Both the position numbers and the translations under genes were made by a program. From NCBI GenBank assembly GCA_947650845.1, contig CANSWW010000001.1:1-53754 (forward strand): 53,754 nt of DNA, given 5' to 3'. Under the pieces are notes generated by a model. It saw only the letters and a list, made by a program, of their open reading frames with translations. It ran no database searches and was not told where the DNA came from. Below, in pieces: positions 37,435 through 45,727 of this stretch. The stretch's first letter is position 1. Every line of letters starts with the position of its first letter. The stretch is from an uncultured Lachnospiraceae bacterium (GTDB lineage Bacteria > Bacillota > Clostridia > Lachnospirales > Lachnospiraceae).

Positions 37435-37470
37435 TTACAAAAATGTTTGATTTGACGGGGGAAATGTAAG
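37435..37470 (+). promoter_or_regulatory. Candidate BceR-type response-regulator box upstream of the ABC transporter promoter.
   Basis: TTACA-AAAA-TGTTT at 37435-37448 and a further TGTAAG at 37465-37470. This resembles the inverted-repeat boxes reported upstream of BceAB-type transporters (from memory, TNACA-N4-TGTAA). An extended -10 TGTTAGAAT lies at 37501-37509. Confidence 0.4.
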
Positions 37471-37537
37471 ACGTTTCGATGGCGTTTCCTTTTCCTTTTT
37501 TGTTAGAATAGGCGTATCAAAAACAAGGAGGCTGCCG

Positions 37538-38302
37538 ATGAGCATATTAGAGGTACAGGGGTTGAAGAAAACGTATACGACGCGTCTGGGCGGGAGCCGG
37601 GTGGAGGCGCTTAAAAATGTGACGTTCCGGGTGGAAGAGGGGGAGTATGTGGCGATTATGGGGGAGTCGGGCTCGGGGAAAACGACGTTGCTGAATATTT
37701 TGGCGGCGCTTGACAAGCCGACGGGGGGCGTGGTGAAGCTGGACGGGCGGGAGATGGGCGCGATCCGGGAGGCGGAGCTGGCGGCGTTTCGGCGGGAGCA
37801 TCTGGGCTTTGTGTTCCAGGATTTTAATTTGCTGGATACGTTTTCGCTGGAGGATAATATTTTTCTGCCGCTTGTGTTGGCCGGGGAGCGGCCGGAGGAG
37901 ATGGAGCGGCGGCTGCGGCCGATTGCGAAGAAGCTGGGGATCGGGGAGATTTTGAAGAAGTACCCGTATGAGGTTTCGGGCGGGCAGAAGCAGCGGGCGG
38001 CGGTGGCGCGGGCGCTGATTATAGGGCCGCGGCTGATTTTGGCGGATGAGCCGACGGGGGCGCTGGATTCGCGGGCAACGGATGAGCTTTTGCGGCTGTT
38101 TGGGGAGATCAACCAGGGGGGACAGACGATTTTGATGGTGACGCATTCGGTGAGGGCGGCGAGCCATGCGGGAAGGGTGCTCTTTATTCGGGACGGGGAG
38201 GTGTTTCATCAGCTGTACCGGGGAGCGGGCAGCGAGATGGAGCAGTATCAGAGGATTACGGATACGCTTACGATGTTGACGACAGGGGGTGAGAGACGAT
38301 GA
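37538..38302 (+). CDS. ABC transporter ATP-binding protein (BceA/MacB-like).
   Basis: Walker A GESGSGKTT, signature VSGGQKQR and Walker B LILADEPT. Confidence 0.9.
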   Translation: MSILEVQGLKKTYTTRLGGSRVEALKNVTFRVEEGEYVAIMGESGSGKTTLLNILAALDKPTGGVVKLDGREMGAIREAELAAFRREHLGFVFQDFNLLDTFSLEDNIFLPLVLAGERPEEMERRLRPIAKKLGIGEILKKYPYEVSGGQKQRAAVARALIIGPRLILADEPTGALDSRATDELLRLFGEINQGGQTILMVTHSVRAASHAGRVLFIRDGEVFHQLYRGAGSEMEQYQRITDTLTMLTTGGERR

Positions 38303-40362
38303 AGGGCGGTTTTTACAGGAGGATTGCCTGGAGCGGGATGAGGAAGAACGGGCGGTTGTATGTGCCGTTTCTTTTGACGTGTATGGGGATGGTGGGGATG
38401 TTTTATATTGTGTCGTTTCTTTGCTATAGCCCGATGCTGGGGGGTATGGCGGGGGGGACGGTCATGCAGATGTTGTTGGAGCTGGGGCAGTGGGTGATCG
38501 CGGCGTTTGCGGTGTTGTTCCTTTTTTATTCGCATTCGTTTTTGCTTAGGCGGCGCAAGAAGGAGTTTGGGCTTTATAATATCCTTGGCATGGGCAAGGG
38601 GAATCTGGCGCTGGTGCTTTTGTGGGAGAGTGTGTTGACGGGGCTTTTGGCGCTGGCCGGGGGGCTGGCGGGGGGGATCGCGCTGGCGAAGTTTGCGGAG
38701 CTGGGGATGGTGTTTTTGTTGCAGGCGCGGGCGGATTATGCGTTGAGCATCAGCGTGGAGGCGGTGTGGCAGACGGTGCGTTTGTTTGGGGTGATTTTTT
38801 TGCTGTTGTTTTTGGATACGATCCGGCAGGTGCGGCTGGCGAACCCGATGGAGCTTTTGCACAGTGAGGCGGCGGGGGAGAGGCCGCCGCGGGCGAATTG
38901 GCTGTTGGCGGTTTTGGGGGCGTTGATTTTGGGGGCGGCTTATTGGCTGGCGGTTTCAGTGAAGGAGCCGTTGAAGGCGTTTTTGTGGTTTTTCGTGGCG
39001 GTGCTTTTGGTGATCGTGGCGACGTATCTGTTGTTTATGGCGGGGTCGGTGGTGGTTTGCCGGCTGTTGCAGAAACGGAAGAGGTACTATTATCAGACGC
39101 GGCATTTTGTGTCGGTGTCGTCGATGGCGTACCGCATGAAGCGCAACGGGGCGGGGCTGGCTTCGATTTGTATCCTCTGTACGATGGTGCTGGTGATGCT
39201 GATGTCGACGGTTTGCTTGTATGTGGGGACCGAGGACAGCTTGCGGACACGGTATCCGCGGCATTTGAACCTGGGCGTGAAGGTGGAGGAGCCGGGGCAG
39301 CTGGGGCGGATGGAAAGGGAGCGTGCTTTGTTTGAGGAGGCTCTGGCGGCGCGGGGGCTGGCGGCGGAGAATGTTTTGGATTTTCGCTGCGCTTCGTTCG
39401 AAGCGTTTGTGGATGCGGCGTCGGGGGAAGTTATGCTGGATGAATCGGAGATGCATGCGTTTGATTTGGGTACGCTTGCGGACATGTGGGAGTGCTGCCT
39501 GGTGCCGGTTGAGGATTACAATGCCATGACGGGGCGCAACGTAATCCTGGAGCCGGGGGAGGCGCTATTGTGTACGGCGCGGACGGGGTACGCGGGGGAT
39601 CAGGTTTCGCTTTCGTCGGGGCAGTCGTGGCGGATTCGCGAGCGGGTGGAGGATTTTGAGATAAACGGCGGGGACGGGGCGTTGCTTACTCCCTCGATGT
39701 ATCTGTTTATCGGAGATTTTGAGGAGGCGGTGGAGCCTCTTTTGGGGCTTGAATCGGGCAATGGGCGGCCGCTTGTGAGCTTGAAGTGGGTGTATGGCAT
39801 GGATGTGGAGGCGCCGGAGGAGGAGCAGGCCCGCATGGCGGGGGAAATCCGGGACGGGCTTGCGAGGTTGAAGGAGGAAGCAGAGGGCGAGGCGGACGGC
39901 GCGGGGACGCGGACCAGGGGCTGGACGTTTGAGAGCGTAGCGGAGGAACGGCTGGGGTTTTACAGCTTGTACGGCGGGCTTTTCTTTTTGGGCGTGCTGT
40001 TAGGGATCGTGTTTTTGTTTGCGGCGGTGCTGATTATGTACTATAAGCAGATTTGCGAGGGGTATGAGGACCAGGCACGGTTTGGGATTTTGCAGAAGGT
40101 GGGGATGACGAGGAAGGAGATCAGGGACAGCGTGAATTCGCAGGTCTTGACCGTCTTTTTCCTGCCGCTTTTGGCGGCGGGGGTGCATTTGGCGTTTGCG
40201 TTTCCGATGACCCGGAAGCTGCTGGCGCTGTTTAACCTGGGGAATACGGGGCTGATGATCCGCGTGGCGGTGGGATGCTATCTGGCGTTTGCGTTGTTTT
40301 ATGTGGTGGTGTACCGGTTTACGTCGCGGGCGTATTACGGGATTGTGAGCGGGGATCATTGA
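38299..40362 (+). CDS. FtsX-family ABC transporter permease with a large extracellular domain (BceB-like).
   Basis: 687 aa, about 10 TM helices, and a ~200-aa loop between TM7 and TM8. It has a 4-nt overlap with the ATPase gene and is adjacent to the two-component system. Confidence 0.85.
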   Translation: MKGGFYRRIAWSGMRKNGRLYVPFLLTCMGMVGMFYIVSFLCYSPMLGGMAGGTVMQMLLELGQWVIAAFAVLFLFYSHSFLLRRRKKEFGLYNILGMGKGNLALVLLWESVLTGLLALAGGLAGGIALAKFAELGMVFLLQARADYALSISVEAVWQTVRLFGVIFLLLFLDTIRQVRLANPMELLHSEAAGERPPRANWLLAVLGALILGAAYWLAVSVKEPLKAFLWFFVAVLLVIVATYLLFMAGSVVVCRLLQKRKRYYYQTRHFVSVSSMAYRMKRNGAGLASICILCTMVLVMLMSTVCLYVGTEDSLRTRYPRHLNLGVKVEEPGQLGRMERERALFEEALAARGLAAENVLDFRCASFEAFVDAASGEVMLDESEMHAFDLGTLADMWECCLVPVEDYNAMTGRNVILEPGEALLCTARTGYAGDQVSLSSGQSWRIRERVEDFEINGGDGALLTPSMYLFIGDFEEAVEPLLGLESGNGRPLVSLKWVYGMDVEAPEEEQARMAGEIRDGLARLKEEAEGEADGAGTRTRGWTFESVAEERLGFYSLYGGLFFLGVLLGIVFLFAAVLIMYYKQICEGYEDQARFGILQKVGMTRKEIRDSVNSQVLTVFFLPLLAAGVHLAFAFPMTRKLLALFNLGNTGLMIRVAVGCYLAFALFYVVVYRFTSRAYYGIVSGDH

Positions 40363-40394
40363 CAGGCTCTTGGGGAGTGTGGTTGTGCAGGTAA

Positions 40395-40437
40395 GAAACA
40401 AGAGGCGGCGGCCGGATGGGCCACTGCCTCTTGTTTC
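40395..40437. terminator. Bidirectional terminator hairpin between convergent genes.
   Basis: GAAACAAGAGGC-N19-GCCTCTTGTTTC. Confidence 0.65.
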
Positions 40438-40491
40438 GCGGGCAATGGGCCGAACAGGAATATATATGTTCCTGCCTGGCGGGTGGTGCAT

Positions 40492-42374
40492 TTAGGAAAC
40501 GGTGAGTACTTTTTCCAGGAGCTTTGTTTCGCCGGTATGTACGGTTTGTACTTCGCCTGGTGAAGTTACGAGGACGGCGGTTGTCACGTCGTAGCCGGCA
40601 TTTTGGATGGCTTCTTTATCAAAGGCCAGCAGGCGGTCGCCGGCTTTGACGGTTTCGCCGGCTTCCTTGAGGGCGGTAAAATGTTTCCCCTCGAGTTCGA
40701 CGGTGTTGATGCCTACGTGGATTAGGAGCTCAATGCCGTCGTTGCTTTTCAGGCCGATGGCGTGCCTAGTGGGAAAGAACATGACGATCTCGCCGTCAAA
40801 GGGGGCAACGATTTCACCGGTAGCGGGATGGATGCCAATGCCTGCGCCGAGTGCGCCGGAGGCGAAGGTTGCGTCGGCGATTTCCGTGTGCGGTACGACG
40901 CTGCCGGAAACGGGAGCGTAAATGCTTCCTGGTTCAGCAGCCAGGGAAACGGCAGGGGCGTCCGGAGCGGGCGCATCCTGGCGTGCGGCGGGTTCGGCAT
41001 CCTTAAACCCGAACATCCAGGTTAAGGTAAAGGCGACACCGGCGGCAATGAGGAACATGATGCAGTAGTTGATGGGATCGTGCAGGCAAAGAAGCAGGCC
41101 GAAAATCCCGGTTACGCCGGTTCCGCTGGCGCCGAGCCCGACGATGGAGGCGTACAGGGCGCCGGCAGCGCCGCCGACAGCTCCGCAGACAAAGGGCTTG
41201 AAAAGCGCAGGTTAACACCGAAGATTGCCGGTTCGGTGATACCCATGAAGCAGGACATGGCAGAAGGGACGGCCATGGATTTTGTCTTCCCGTTTTTTGT
41301 TTTCAGCGCGACGGCCAGTGTGGCTGCGCCCTGGGCGATATTGGCGGCGGAGGCCAGCGGCAGCCAGTAGGTGAGGCCATAGAGGCCGAGCTGCCCTACG
41401 TCAATAACGGTGTACATATGGTGGACGCCGGCGACAACGGTCAAGGAGTAGAGGCCGCCCATAAGGAAGCTGCCGACGCCGAAGGGAAGGGCGATCAGCT
41501 GCTGTACGCCGCCGATGATGCCGTTTTCGATGGCGACGAATACAGGGCCGATGACAGAATAGGTAAGGTAGCCGGTCACAAATACGCTTACCAAAGGAGT
41601 CACAAAGAGGTCGAACATGGCCGGGACAATTTTATGCAGCTTTTTTTCGATGGAGCACATGACGAATACGGCGATTATGACGGGGATTACGTGCCCCTGA
41701 TAGCCAACCATATCGACTTCATATAAGCCGAACCATACGCTTTGGGTTCGCAGCACGCCTTCGCTGGCGACCGTCCAGGCATTTTGCAGATCCGGATGGA
41801 TCATCAGCATGCCGATCACGGCGCCTAGAAAGGGGTTGCCGCCAAATACTTTTGCCGCGCTGGTGGCGATCAGGATTGGCAGAAATACGTAAGCCGTATT
41901 AGCGAACAGATTGGCAAACACAAAAAGCGAACTGGAAGTATCAATGTTTAAAAAACCGTTATTTACCATGAAATTGAGAGCTTCCATGATCCCCATCAGA
42001 AAACCGCTGGCGACGATAGCCGGGATGATCGGGACAAAGATATCGCCAAGTGTCTTGATGGCTTTTTTGTAGAAGGGCTGCGACGCGGCGGCGACGGATT
42101 TTAATTCTTCCTTGCTGGCAGCGGACAGGCCGGAGACGGCGAGAAATTCGTCGTACACTTTGTTGACGGTTCCTGTGCCAAGGATGATCTGGAGCTGGCC
42201 GGAGGCGCTAAACACACCTTTGACGCCTTCGATTTCTTCAACCGCTTTGGCATCGCACTTTGCGTTGTCTGCCAGTACAAGGCGAAGCCTTGTGGCGCAG
42301 TGGGCGGCGGATATCAAGTTTTCTTTTTTGCCCACTTTTTCATAGATTTCTTCCGCTGTTTTTTTGTAATCCAT
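40492..42374 (-). pseudogene. scrA: Sucrose-type PTS EIIBCA component interrupted by a frameshift near 41200.
   Basis: The upstream frame (MDYKKTAEEIYEKVGKKENLISAAHCATRLRL..., the EIIB Cys motif and the EIIC body) reads ...GVNLRF. It then runs into SSPLSAELS...stop at 41112. The correct continuation KPFVCGAVGGAAGALYASIVGLGASGTGVTGIFG...EIIA (HVGINTVELEG) is in the frame of ORF 40492..41058, offset by 2 nt at 41200-41201. Confidence 0.8.
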
Positions 42375-42398
42375 ACTCTTCTCTCCTTTTGCGATGTA

Positions 42399-42443
42399 TG
42401 CCTGTGTTCTTTGGGCATAGTGGTACACCCTTGTGGTGTTCCC
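42399..42443 (-). repeat. Copy of the recurrent two-hairpin intergenic element, sense to scrA.
   Basis: Minus-strand reading: AAGGGAACACCACAAGGGTGTACCACTATGCCCAAAGAACACAGGCA. It starts right after the scrB stop and ends 10 nt before the scrA RBS. Confidence 0.7.
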
Positions 42444-43904
42444 TTAGGGGGTGCATTGGTTGGTAGGTGCGTTTGCCTTGTGAAAACGGTAGAAGCCGTG
42501 AAGCTGCCGGCCGTGGGCTTGTATGTGATAGGCCTCGGCCTGCGGGTACAAGCGTGTGGAAAAGACAGCCTCGCCGTCGTTCAAAAAGATTTCCGCAGAC
42601 GATACGTCGAAGAAAACCCGTATCCGCGACAGCCGGCCGACTTTCCTTGCGCGCAGCGTTCTGCCGCCGCCCAGCTGCGGGTCGGTAAAACGCAGGGAAA
42701 ACAGGCCGTCGCTTTTTCGGTAGGTGCAGACGAGGCCGCCGGCAAAGGCCGCCTCGAAATCTTCCCCGCCGTTAAAAAGCTCCAGCTCAAAGCAGGCTTC
42801 GGTTTGCCGGCAAAAGCCGACTTTAAAAGAGGTTTCCTGGTTCCACCAGGCGGAAAGCTCCCGCACAGGATTCTGGCACAGGACGCCGTTTTGCACGGAA
42901 AGCTCCCGGGGAAGCGTGAGAATGTGCTGCCAGCCGTCGGCCAGGGTGGCATTTGTGTGGGTTTCCTCGTCCGGTACGCCCATCCAGGCAATCTGGATCC
43001 GGCGCCCGTCCCTGGCCAGGAAGGTCTGAGGGGCGTAGAAGTCGAAACCGGCATCCAGCTCCTGAAATCCATCAGGCACGGATGCGTGGAGGAAATCCGG
43101 CTCCAAAAAGCAAATGACGCTTTGGTATTTGTTTTGATACCGGAAGCCGTCGGCGGGAACGCCCTGCGGGGAAACGGACAAAACGGTTTTTCCGTCTAAC
43201 TCATACAAGTCGGGGCATTCCCACATATAGCCGAAGGGATTGGCAGTCCTCAGCGTGTGTATGTAGCGCCAGCTTCGCCTATCCGGCGAAGAAAAAAGAA
43301 GGGCAACGCCCCGGTCATCCAGGGTTCGTGCGCCCTGGATCATATAGTAAACCCCGTCCTGCTTCCAGACCTTTGGATCGCGGACATGGAGGGTCAAGCC
43401 GGCAGGATAGTCTTTGTTGGTCATTAAACATTCCTTGCTCTCGATCCCCCGGCCGTCCCGGCTTATAGCCAGCATCGTATTCGTTTCCCGGCCGGTGCGG
43501 ATATAATCGTAGGAGCCGGTTCGTTTGACATTCCCCGTGTAGTAGAGATACAGGTTCCCGTCCTCTGTGAGGGCAGAGCCGGAATAAACGCCATGGCAGT
43601 CGCCAGGCTGATCCGGCAGCAGCGGCACGCCGGCAAAGTCCCAATGGAGCAGGTCGCGGCTTGTGCAGTGCCCCCAGAATTTGAGGCCGCCTTCGGGGTC
43701 AAACGGGGAAAATTGATAGAATACATGATAGACATCGCCGATCTGGCACAGTCCGTTGGGATCGTTTAACCAGCCTGTGGGAGGGGAAACATGGAGCTGG
43801 GGGCGGAAACGGCCGGATTGCGCCTGCCCGCGCTGGGGATCGTTTTCCCGTAAGGCAGGCATTTGGGCAAACAGGCGGTTCCAGGTATTCTGCAGTGCGT
43901 TCAT
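42444..43904 (-). CDS. scrB: Sucrose-6-phosphate hydrolase (GH32).
   Basis: HVSPPTGWLNDPNGL (catalytic WMNDPNG-type motif), RDP and EC motifs. Confidence 0.9.
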   Translation of the reverse strand: MNALQNTWNRLFAQMPALRENDPQRGQAQSGRFRPQLHVSPPTGWLNDPNGLCQIGDVYHVFYQFSPFDPEGGLKFWGHCTSRDLLHWDFAGVPLLPDQPGDCHGVYSGSALTEDGNLYLYYTGNVKRTGSYDYIRTGRETNTMLAISRDGRGIESKECLMTNKDYPAGLTLHVRDPKVWKQDGVYYMIQGARTLDDRGVALLFSSPDRRSWRYIHTLRTANPFGYMWECPDLYELDGKTVLSVSPQGVPADGFRYQNKYQSVICFLEPDFLHASVPDGFQELDAGFDFYAPQTFLARDGRRIQIAWMGVPDEETHTNATLADGWQHILTLPRELSVQNGVLCQNPVRELSAWWNQETSFKVGFCRQTEACFELELFNGGEDFEAAFAGGLVCTYRKSDGLFSLRFTDPQLGGGRTLRARKVGRLSRIRVFFDVSSAEIFLNDGEAVFSTRLYPQAEAYHIQAHGRQLHGFYRFHKANAPTNQCTP

Positions 43905-43930
43905 AGAAGAAGGGCTCCTTTCCTTATTCT

Positions 43931-43977
43931 TGCCCGTGTTTTCAGGGCATGGGGTACACCCCTGCGGTGTTTCCTTG
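43931..43977 (-). repeat. Copy of the recurrent two-hairpin intergenic element, sense to scrB.
   Basis: Minus-strand reading: AAGGAAACACCGCAGGGGTGTACCCCATGCCCTGAAAACACGGGCA, followed by AGAATAAGGAAAGGAG and the ATG. Confidence 0.75.
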
Positions 43978-43983
43978 AATGGC

Positions 43984-43999
43984 GTGAATACGTATTCAC
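43984..43999. promoter_or_regulatory. Perfect 16-bp palindrome, a candidate ScrR (LacI-family) operator upstream of scrB.
   Basis: GTGAATACGTATTCAC. Confidence 0.6.
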
Positions 44000-44053
44000 A
44001 AAGAGGCTTTTACAAGGGATATCCATATACAGGGTATCCCATTTTCTTTGGTT

Positions 44054-45043
44054 TCAGATATCTTTGCGGTGCGAGCTTTCCCGGCAGACTAAGCTGGCCG
44101 AGAGCGGGCAGTGCCGGACTTCCCGGCCGCCGGGATTCCCGATGCGCTCCAGCAGGCGTTTCATGGCCGTGACGGCCATCGTTTCATTTGGCTGCGATAC
44201 GCTGGAAAGCCTGGGGTAAAGATATTCGCACATATAGGTGTTGTCAAAGCCAATCAGCCCGGCCTGGCCTGGGATGGGGATATGCAGCTGTTTAAGCAGC
44301 CCCATCAGCTGCAGGGCCCGGCGGTCGTTATAGGCAAAGATGCCGGTGGGTGCCTGCGCGGTGGCAAAGTGTTCCCTGAGCCGGGGAAGAAGGACATCGT
44401 TGTCCTTGCTGTGCAGGATGGTTAAACGGGATTCAAAAGCAGGATCCCGCATGGACAGCGCCCGGGCAAACCCCAGGTATTTTTCATCTTCCGGCATGCC
44501 AAAAAAGAGATAGCTCCGATAGCCTTGCTCATACAAGTGCACCGCGACCAGGGCGCCGGCTTCCTCATGGGAGACGTAGACCGAATCCAGGGAGGGGATC
44601 CGGCGGGTAATGACCACGGCCGGGAGGGCAGCTTTTTCGGAAAGCGCCTGCCAGCGGGGGGCGTTTTCATCGACCGGGACGACGATCAGGCCGTCTACCC
44701 GGTAACGTTGTATGATCTGCAGGCACTCTTCCTCTTTAGCGGAATCATATTGGGAGTTAAACAAGATCAGGCTGTAACCGCTACTCCGTGCTTCCTGCTC
44801 GAGATACTTTACCAGATCGGCAAAAAAGGGATTGGAGATATCGGTTAAAATAACGCCGATCAAATGGGTCTTGCTGCCGGCCAGGCTTTGGGCGAGGATA
44901 TTTGGCTGGAAGCCGTTCTCCCTGGCACAGGCCAGGACACGTTCGCGGATATCCGGGTGTACGGCCGTATTCCCGTTTAATACGCGGGATACGGTCGGCT
45001 GGGAAACGCCGGTCTGGCGGGCAATTTCGGTCATGGTTATCAT
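44054..45043 (-). CDS. scrR: LacI-family transcriptional regulator (sucrose operon repressor-like).
   Basis: Start MITMTEIARQTGVSQPTVSRVLNG after AGGAGA, which is the HTH_LacI motif, plus a periplasmic-binding-protein-like core. The track's extension overlaps the operator. Confidence 0.85.
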   Translation of the reverse strand: MITMTEIARQTGVSQPTVSRVLNGNTAVHPDIRERVLACARENGFQPNILAQSLAGSKTHLIGVILTDISNPFFADLVKYLEQEARSSGYSLILFNSQYDSAKEEECLQIIQRYRVDGLIVVPVDENAPRWQALSEKAALPAVVITRRIPSLDSVYVSHEEAGALVAVHLYEQGYRSYLFFGMPEDEKYLGFARALSMRDPAFESRLTILHSKDNDVLLPRLREHFATAQAPTGIFAYNDRRALQLMGLLKQLHIPIPGQAGLIGFDNTYMCEYLYPRLSSVSQPNETMAVTAMKRLLERIGNPGGREVRHCPLSASLVCRESSHRKDI

Positions 45044-45057
45044 AAGGTTCTCCTGGC

Positions 45058-45073
45058 GTGAATACGCATTCAC
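45058..45073. promoter_or_regulatory. Near-perfect copy of the same palindrome upstream of scrR (autoregulation site).
   Basis: GTGAATACGCATTCAC, with one mismatch to perfect symmetry. Both sites are preceded by GGC. Confidence 0.55.
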
Positions 45074-45308
45074 AACTTTTCTTTATCTTAGCATGGAAGG
45101 GGCAGGCAGTCAATTGGCAGTAATTCATAATTTTTGAGAGCTGTTTTTGTGCAAGGCAAATAAAGAGGTAGGGATAAAACCCACTTTAGGCGGCAAAGGG
45201 AGGTAGGAGAAATGAATCAAGGGGGCGGATGAATAGAGGGAAGATGGCAAAAATACCATGACGCAAGAGGCAATTTGTGGTATACTTTTGATAAGGAGCA
45301 GGAGAAGA

Positions 45309-45725
45309 ATGGACGAGGAGCTTGCGGATACGGATGAGATTAAAATCCCGATTGGGCGATCCGGTTTTGGGGACATTCGCAGGAATGGCTATTACAGGAG
45401 GATAAAAGCGGGCTGATCCGTGAATTGCTGCGGACAGACGGACGGCAGGTGATGCTGATTACTTTTGAGACGACGATCGCGAAGTGGTTCCGGGAGAGTA
45501 TCAGCTATTATGATTATCGCGAGGATTTTTGAAGTAAAGTATGCCCCGTCACAGGAGGGGCTTAAAAAGGCCTGCCGGGAGGCGCTGGCACAGATGGATG
45601 CCGGAAAGTATGGCGAAGAATTGGAAGAGGGCTATTCCCAGGTACTTTGTTATGGGGTTGCCTTTTACAAAAAACACTGCCTGGTTTGGCAAAAGGAATA
45701 TGGCCCGGCAAGCCGCAGGAGCTGA
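45309..45725 (+). pseudogene. Wreck of a predicted AAA-ATPase / PD-(D/E)XK (AAA-ATPase_like + PDDEXK_9, formerly DUF1703) family gene.
   Basis: The N-terminal signature IKIPIGRSGFGDIRRNGYY is followed, in a shifted frame, by DKSGLIRELL. After a large internal loss comes the C-terminal nuclease tail FEVKYAPSQEGLKKACREALAQMDAGKYGEEL...CYGVAFYKKHCLV. The full-length family is several hundred aa. Confidence 0.65.
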
Positions 45726-45727
45726 TT

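Noticed and set aside
41003-41218. 71-aa ORF spanning the scrA frameshift site.
   Set aside because: It is Arg/Cys-rich nonsense in the third frame. The flanking frames carry the conserved EIIC sequence.
42450-42470. cre (CcpA) or ScrR operator upstream of scrA (TGTGAAAACGGTAGAA).
   Set aside because: It is not palindromic and mismatches both half-sites of the cre consensus. It also lies inside the scrB coding sequence.
45647-45727. Track-predicted N-terminal extensions of the OLD gene (45647), sigma factor (to 16673), scrR (to 45073), pyrG (to 31672), recJ (16809), apt (18796), tgt (8300) and the kinase (36217).
   Set aside because: In each case an internal start is preceded by a proper Shine-Dalgarno sequence and reproduces the canonical family N-terminus. 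The extensions overlap terminators, operators or neighbouring genes.
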